A DNA stretch of 64,000 nucleotides from a candidate division WWE3 bacterium (GTDB lineage: Bacteria > Patescibacteriota > WWE3 > 2-01-FULL-39-13), in assembly GCA_943354835.1 (NCBI GenBank), contig CALRDH010000003.1, forward strand, positions 104,496 through 168,495, read 5' to 3'. This document shows, piece after piece, positions 58,729 to 64,000 of this stretch. Within the stretch, counting starts at the first letter, position 1, and the number at the start of each line of letters is the position of its first letter. Below the pieces are notes generated by a model, which had not been told where the DNA came from, made no database searches, and saw nothing but the letters and a program-made list of their open reading frames with translations. The translations under genes and the position numbers were made by a program.

Positions 58729-60487
58729 TTTATTGATATACTCAAATTTCTTTGGTGATAACATCGGAAATATTATTAATGTTTCAAATGCAAACACACA
58801 TGTAGCGATTAATATTATTTTACTTTTTGTGGTATTACTAATTATCTTTTATTATCGCAAATTGCAAATTCTTAAAAAGAACTATCTAATTGGATTATCT
58901 CTTGTTTCGATTCTAATTCTCTCCCCTCTTCGCATTCGTTATTCTATGGAATGGCCGAATCATGCTAATTGGGCTTGGATTATTTTTTATTTTGCTTCCT
59001 TGTTGCCTTTCTTGAAAAATCCTGTTTCTTGCAAGTTTAGATATCCACTTTTGGCTGGAGCTTTCTTTTTTGTGGCATTAATAGAAAATGCATATCATGG
59101 AGTTGAGCTACTATTTATGTCAATTCCTATATTTCTTTTTTCGATTTATTTTCACAGCGCAGAGATATTCAAAAAAGAAGATCTACATAAAGTCTTAAAA
59201 AGATTTCTAGTATTTAGCATTATTGTTCTTTCCGCAATTTATTACCAATACTATCTATTTAGTAAACCAATTCAATATGGAAATAATGCTTTAACAACAG
59301 TCATCTCCTCTGCCACCCGCTCCCCTTCTGACCGCTTTGCTTTTTCTGCAAGACCATGGAATTATTTGATTCCGGATATTGATCATCCTGTTTTGGGTGA
59401 TTTAGCCGTACGTGCAAATTATTGGATCTGGCAACACCCTCCTTATTATTTAACTGAACCGTTTTTCCCGAAGGAACATACTTTATTTTTGGGCTATACA
59501 CTTATGGCTTTATCAATTTATACAATTTGGCAAACTTTTGTTAAAAAAAATATTACAGGAGACCAAAAATTTAATGTCACCTTCTTTTTGATTATTGCCG
59601 TTTCTGCTTTTATTTTCAGCATGCCACCATACATTGCCATAAATAATTTTAAAATCTACTTCCCTTCTCACTTTATATACGACTTCTTGCCTCAATTTAG
59701 AGCATACGCAAGATATGGCGTTTTCGTATTTATAGGAAATATAGTAATCGCAATGATCGGATTAAACTATTTGATTTCTAAATCATTCTTAAACAAACCA
59801 AAACAAAAACTTAAACAAAATTTGCTGATAATCGCGATCTCCGCACTCGCAATTTTTGAATTTATACCCGGAAAACATTTAATCTCTATCAAGCCAACTC
59901 CACCATACGAATGGCTTCGTGAACAAGGCACCATGCAACAAACACCAATTAAATATATAGAAATCCCGGAAAGGGCCGATTACACCGACCATCTATATAC
60001 ATACGATGCAAATATAGAAATAATAAACCCATACCTTGTAACAAGAGGCGATGCAAAACTTTTGGAAGACATAATATTAAAGCGTGAAAATTCTCAAGAA
60101 CAATTATTCTGCACTCTTTCTAACAAACTTGATGTCAAATACCTCTTCTATCACGAAAAGGAGTTAAATAGACAAAAGTATGTTAAAGAATTCATGGAAA
60201 CTGGAGTCGTTACACCTCAATTAAAAGTCGCCATGGCGGAAAGTTGGGGTTCACCAGTATTTGGAAATCATGTGCCTAAAACTGACGAAGATCTGGCAAA
60301 AGAACAAATTACTAAAAATATGAAAAACTTTTTATTAAACGATCCTAAACTAACTTTAATAAAAGAATATACAAATGATGAAATAATTCAAAGTAGACCA
60401 AACAAGAACTTCTCTGCTGATAAATTTGATGCCGTTACAATATTTGAAATCAATAGAGACTACTGCAGCTCACTTATTAACCCTTAA
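58718..60487 (+). CDS. Polytopic membrane protein (about 10 TM) with a ~200-aa C-terminal soluble domain; GT-C-like/polymerase candidate
   Basis: 589 aa with multiple TM helices through ~370 aa, then a hydrophilic tail. Overlaps the preceding gene by 11 nt. Confidence 0.4.
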   Translation: MMTDLLIYSNFFGDNIGNIINVSNANTHVAINIILLFVVLLIIFYYRKLQILKKNYLIGLSLVSILILSPLRIRYSMEWPNHANWAWIIFYFASLLPFLKNPVSCKFRYPLLAGAFFFVALIENAYHGVELLFMSIPIFLFSIYFHSAEIFKKEDLHKVLKRFLVFSIIVLSAIYYQYYLFSKPIQYGNNALTTVISSATRSPSDRFAFSARPWNYLIPDIDHPVLGDLAVRANYWIWQHPPYYLTEPFFPKEHTLFLGYTLMALSIYTIWQTFVKKNITGDQKFNVTFFLIIAVSAFIFSMPPYIAINNFKIYFPSHFIYDFLPQFRAYARYGVFVFIGNIVIAMIGLNYLISKSFLNKPKQKLKQNLLIIAISALAIFEFIPGKHLISIKPTPPYEWLREQGTMQQTPIKYIEIPERADYTDHLYTYDANIEIINPYLVTRGDAKLLEDIILKRENSQEQLFCTLSNKLDVKYLFYHEKELNRQKYVKEFMETGVVTPQLKVAMAESWGSPVFGNHVPKTDEDLAKEQITKNMKNFLLNDPKLTLIKEYTNDEIIQSRPNKNFSADKFDAVTIFEINRDYCSSLINP

Positions 60488-62577
60488 TCAAAAACCGACA
60501 TCATGTATTCGCCACTTATTAAGAAGTTTTTGCCGTGTTGGTAGCTTGGGCCGACTAAGGTTACCTTTTCAACCAGATTTTTCTTGCCTAGAATAATCAT
60601 CTTTGGAGCATTCATGATAAGCGTATCTCTGTCATTAAAAACATTAACATTACATGTTCTTAAGAAATACTCGCCATCTTTCTTCTCAAAAACATCGCAA
60701 TAAAAACCGACTAAAGGCAGATCAACACTTGAATCGATCCAAACTGAAGCATTTTCAAATAGCATACGATTTGAAGCAAGTTCTGAAAGGAATGCTAAAT
60801 CATAATTATGTGAATTGCTTTTATGATACAAATTTGCCGAAATTAAAGCCGAAGAAAAAGAAGCAACAAGAACTATAAAATAAACCAAAGCATTATTTAT
60901 TCCAACCTTAAATTTAATAAACTTAACGACAAAAGATAATATTACTAAAACAACAAAACACACAAACCATTTTGTTGAAATATAGACTCCGGGAACAAAT
61001 ACATTTATTAAATTTAAAACAATTGCGGTCGAAATTAAGGTCCTTTGACTTGTATTAAACTTCTTAAAAATTCCAAATAATAATATAGTGCTTCCAAAAT
61101 AAAATATTAATGAAAAAATTCTTCCCGTGAATGAAAAATTTCCAAAAATATATCTAAACAAATCAAATAGTACATAATTTTTTTCTGAATAAATTATTAA
61201 CATTTCATCATATGTAACGGGAGACATCATATAGAAAAGCGGTAATAAAAATGACAATCCAATAAACGAATAAATTAAAAAAGAATAAAACGAAGATAAA
61301 CTAAATGACGGCAGTTTTAAATCAATATTTTTGAAGTGATACGTTACATAAGCACATGCGATCACGACATAAATCCAAAAGAATTCAGATTTATAGGAAT
61401 ACATAACTCCGCCTACTAAAAATGAAATTATACCTGCAAAAAAACCAATTGAAATAAGATTCGGGGTCTTTGCCGAAACCGATCTATATAACATATAGAG
61501 AAGCAAAGCCCAAAACAAAATAAAACAAATTAATGAAAAAACACCGGTTTCGGCAAAGACCTCAAGCCATAAATTGTGAAGTGGCAATTTGTAACTTAAG
61601 GCCGCTTTATCTATATAGTAATATGCGTTTGCCCACTTTGATGTATGAAAGTAAGCATGAAATGAATTCGTTCCTATTCCAAACAAAAAGTTTTCAAGTC
61701 CAACATTAATTCCAACTTTCATCAAAAACAGATGTGAGAAAAATGAAACTGATCGATATAAAAACGACTGCCTAATTACATCCTGAAATAGATACAAAGT
61801 AACCAAAGGTAAAGTAACAAAAGCCGTTGCGATTCCAATCCAAGAAAAGGTTCCAATTTTAAATTTAATTTTTCTATAAATTCCTACATATATTGCCAAA
61901 AAAGATACGAGTCCAAACCCAAATCCTATGGTTGCACTTCTTGAGCTTGTAAAATAAAGTGAAATTAAAATTAAAACAATCAAAATAGAATCAATATATT
62001 TTTCTGCTTTCTTTTTACCAGATAATAAACTCGAAAGAACTACAAAAAATAAAGACGATAAATATGCTGCAAAATGATTTACATCCCAAAACACAGAACC
62101 ATATCTGGTTGGATATCCAGGTACAGGCCAAACTCCTCCAGTTGCAATACCTTTTGTTTCTTGCAAATACATTTGATAAATTAAAAACGCAAATACAAAT
62201 AAAAATGTGTATTTATAAATATCTATAAGTTTTTTTATACTTCCCTTCTGCTCATCAATGTAAAATTTAAACGTAGGATATGAAAACACAACGGCAACTT
62301 GAAACGCAATCATTCTAGCTGAATTCATAACATCTTTACTTTGAATTAAACTCAATACTTGAAAAAGTACAATTGTAAAAAGAAACACAAACAGTTTATC
62401 TTTCACTAAGTCCTTATAATTTTTTATAAAATAAAAAACTCCAAATAATGAAACCAAAACCAAAATAAATTTAGAGATTACTAAATCTGGATCAAAAATT
62501 GAAAACATTTCCTTATGCGTAAAGGGGATTGAGATTACTAACAAATAAATTAAATATTTAGAAATTTTATTTAACAT
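60484..62577 (-). CDS. O-antigen ligase/Wzy_C-like polytopic membrane protein (polymerase or ligase)
   Basis: 697 aa, more than 12 TM helices. ...YFTSSRSATIGFGFGLVSFLAIYV... resembles the Wzy_C/O-antigen-ligase SR(G/S)A motif region. Confidence 0.5.
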   Translation of the reverse strand: MLNKISKYLIYLLVISIPFTHKEMFSIFDPDLVISKFILVLVSLFGVFYFIKNYKDLVKDKLFVFLFTIVLFQVLSLIQSKDVMNSARMIAFQVAVVFSYPTFKFYIDEQKGSIKKLIDIYKYTFLFVFAFLIYQMYLQETKGIATGGVWPVPGYPTRYGSVFWDVNHFAAYLSSLFFVVLSSLLSGKKKAEKYIDSILIVLILISLYFTSSRSATIGFGFGLVSFLAIYVGIYRKIKFKIGTFSWIGIATAFVTLPLVTLYLFQDVIRQSFLYRSVSFFSHLFLMKVGINVGLENFLFGIGTNSFHAYFHTSKWANAYYYIDKAALSYKLPLHNLWLEVFAETGVFSLICFILFWALLLYMLYRSVSAKTPNLISIGFFAGIISFLVGGVMYSYKSEFFWIYVVIACAYVTYHFKNIDLKLPSFSLSSFYSFLIYSFIGLSFLLPLFYMMSPVTYDEMLIIYSEKNYVLFDLFRYIFGNFSFTGRIFSLIFYFGSTILLFGIFKKFNTSQRTLISTAIVLNLINVFVPGVYISTKWFVCFVVLVILSFVVKFIKFKVGINNALVYFIVLVASFSSALISANLYHKSNSHNYDLAFLSELASNRMLFENASVWIDSSVDLPLVGFYCDVFEKKDGEYFLRTCNVNVFNDRDTLIMNAPKMIILGKKNLVEKVTLVGPSYQHGKNFLISGEYMMSVFD

Positions 62578-64000
62578 AAAGAGGATCTTCTATAGGGTCT
62601 GGCGGATACCCATAATTCGTAAGCTTTGACGATACATCAGCGATTTCTACTGTTACCTTATCAAACTCTATCCTTTCTAGAATTGTTAATTTTTCGCCCA
62701 ATATCAACTTATCAATAAATGTCATACGTCTTAACATTAGCGTTTCAAGTTGAGATCTCAATAACTCTACTCTAGAAACTGATTGTAGCAAAACCCAACC
62801 TCCAGACGTACCTTTAATATCTAAAACTAGTGGAGCCTTAATCGTGCCTCCATTATTTTGCAATTTATAATAGACCGAATCTGGAACCAAAAAGCTATAG
62901 TTTTCTAAAGGCCCGGCATCGTCTATCATTCTTAAAATAGTTGGCTCATCAACTGACTTAACAACATGATCGCTATAAAAATGCAACACAGGAGGTTCAA
63001 TTCTACTGAAATATAATTTTCGATCTGGATAGTCTTCAATTGGATAATTCCTATTATTTATATCTACCAATGCAACCTTATCTTTATTAAAATCCGGATA
63101 ATAAACTTTATCTCGGATAATTACTACATAGAAAATGGCAACTAAAGAAGCGCTAAATACCAGTAAAATTCTTAAATATTTATTATCAAACCTTATTTCA
63201 CTTCTTAAAAATGAATTAAGAATATATATAGATCTTTCTATAAAGCGTGCAGATAAAATGGCAATGAATGGATAGATAGGCATTATATACCACTGCAATT
63301 TATCTTTTGAAATTGAGAAGAAAATTAGAACAAAGAAAGTAGAAATCAGAAGAAGATAATACTGCCTTCTATCCTTATCAAAAAATGGAAGCAAAATCAA
63401 AGCACCAAAAAGTGGCAAAATCCAAATTCTAAATGAAGTCCTTATTACATCTAAAAACCACAAAACTGGTCTCTCGTGACCAAAACCCGAAAGTCCACGT
63501 CCAATCATGTGATCAATAAAATATGTATCCCAAAAATCATTTCCATACTTAATTAATGAATAAATGTGCCAAGGTCCAGCTATTAATAAAATCCCAGATC
63601 CCATAATTAAAAATGGTTTTATATAACTCTTAAAATTTTTAATATCTAAAATTAACAAATAAATGAAAATTATTGGCAGTGGTATAAAACCAATAATTCC
63701 CTTTGTCATAACAGCAAAGCCGACAAAAAGTCCTGTTATAAACCATTTCTTTGAATAAAAGAAATAAATTGACAACACTATAAAAAATGTAGCTGTAACA
63801 TCTAACATTCCATTTCGTGAATAGTACAAATAATGAGCGGTTGATAACAAAATTAACGATGCAGTAATACCTGTTAGTTTGTTGTAAAGCTTATTTCCAA
63901 GTTTGTACGTTGCGATAATTCCAAGTAAACCGAAAATTGCTGAAATTATTCTTGCACCAAATGAATTAAATCCTGTAAGTTTAAAAGCCAAAGCAGTTAA
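62567..64000 (-). CDS. ArnT/PMT-family GT-C glycosyltransferase (polyprenol-phosphate sugar-dependent), 5' end beyond the window
   Basis: ...RIISAIFGLLGIIATYKLGNKLYNKLTGITASLILLSTAHYLYYSRNGMLDVTATFFIVLSIYFFY... is the typical ArnT/PMT first-loop region. The frame is open to base 64000 (the track start is a TTG), so the N-terminus is missing. Confidence 0.65.
   Translation of the reverse strand, partial: LTALAFKLTGFNSFGARIISAIFGLLGIIATYKLGNKLYNKLTGITASLILLSTAHYLYYSRNGMLDVTATFFIVLSIYFFYSKKWFITGLFVGFAVMTKGIIGFIPLPIIFIYLLILDIKNFKSYIKPFLIMGSGILLIAGPWHIYSLIKYGNDFWDTYFIDHMIGRGLSGFGHERPVLWFLDVIRTSFRIWILPLFGALILLPFFDKDRRQYYLLLISTFFVLIFFSISKDKLQWYIMPIYPFIAILSARFIERSIYILNSFLRSEIRFDNKYLRILLVFSASLVAIFYVVIIRDKVYYPDFNKDKVALVDINNRNYPIEDYPDRKLYFSRIEPPVLHFYSDHVVKSVDEPTILRMIDDAGPLENYSFLVPDSVYYKLQNNGGTIKAPLVLDIKGTSGGWVLLQSVSRVELLRSQLETLMLRRMTFIDKLILGEKLTILERIEFDKVTVEIADVSSKLTNYGYPPDPIEDPLYVK

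Noticed and set aside
62567-63991. Track start (M) of the last minus-strand ORF at 63991
   Set aside because: The codon is TTG in an open frame that continues to base 64000, and ArnT/PMT proteins have ~40 more N-terminal residues. The gene is therefore treated as 5'-truncated by the window edge rather than starting at 63991.
1-64000. CRISPR arrays, tRNA/rRNA genes, transposases or integrases
   Set aside because: No regularly spaced short repeats, no cloverleaf-compatible tRNA-like segments in the few intergenic gaps, and no ORF with transposase or integrase motifs were seen. The window appears fully chromosomal and protein-coding.

Overview
This is a low-GC (~30-33% by eye) bacterial chromosomal segment with dense coding on both strands. 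I found no rRNA, tRNA or CRISPR. Genes overlap tightly and many abut in ATGA-type start/stop overlaps; the organism may be a Patescibacteria/CPR-like or other small-genome lineage, but that is inference only.

Bases 1-13.6 kb are core functions. A compact division/cell-wall (dcw) operon on the minus strand reads mraZ-rsmH-ftsL-like-ftsI(PBP)-MurA-like-ftsW. Upstream of mraZ sits a 10-bp-phased GTGG direct-repeat operator candidate. Next to it are a 1220-aa secreted Gly-rich/Ig-like/FN3-like surface protein, a Bro-N(DinD-like)/KilA-N gene pair, a NUDIX gene broken by an in-frame amber codon, glyQS and recO.

From about 13.6 kb to the window end (at least 50 kb) is one extraordinarily large glycan-biosynthesis/glycosylation supercluster. 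It encodes:
- a priming phosphoglycosyltransferase and a Wzx-like flippase;
- about 12 GT2/GT4 glycosyltransferases;
- at least 6 very large polytopic GT-C-like membrane proteins (ArnT/PMT-like, O-antigen-ligase-like, a 1316-aa AftD-like architecture, and a YfhO-like protein paired with a GT2-GtrA fusion);
- a GDP-mannose deoxysugar module (Gmd, Fcl, and a DegT-family enzyme with His in place of the PLP lysine, as in ColD/E1 3-dehydratases);
- two UXS-like SDRs and an AsnB-type amidotransferase;
- five SAM methyltransferases;
- a B12-radical-SAM enzyme with an adjacent ferredoxin;
- and, unusually, two ThDP-dependent enzyme pairs (a split transketolase and an E1 alpha/beta) embedded among the sugar genes.

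Three genes are disrupted: YvcK-family and YfhO-family genes by homopolymer frameshifts, and the NUDIX gene by an amber codon at the catalytic Glu. This may reflect assembly error or gene decay. Two GC-rich palindromic/inverted-repeat elements sit inside otherwise AT-rich coding sequence.
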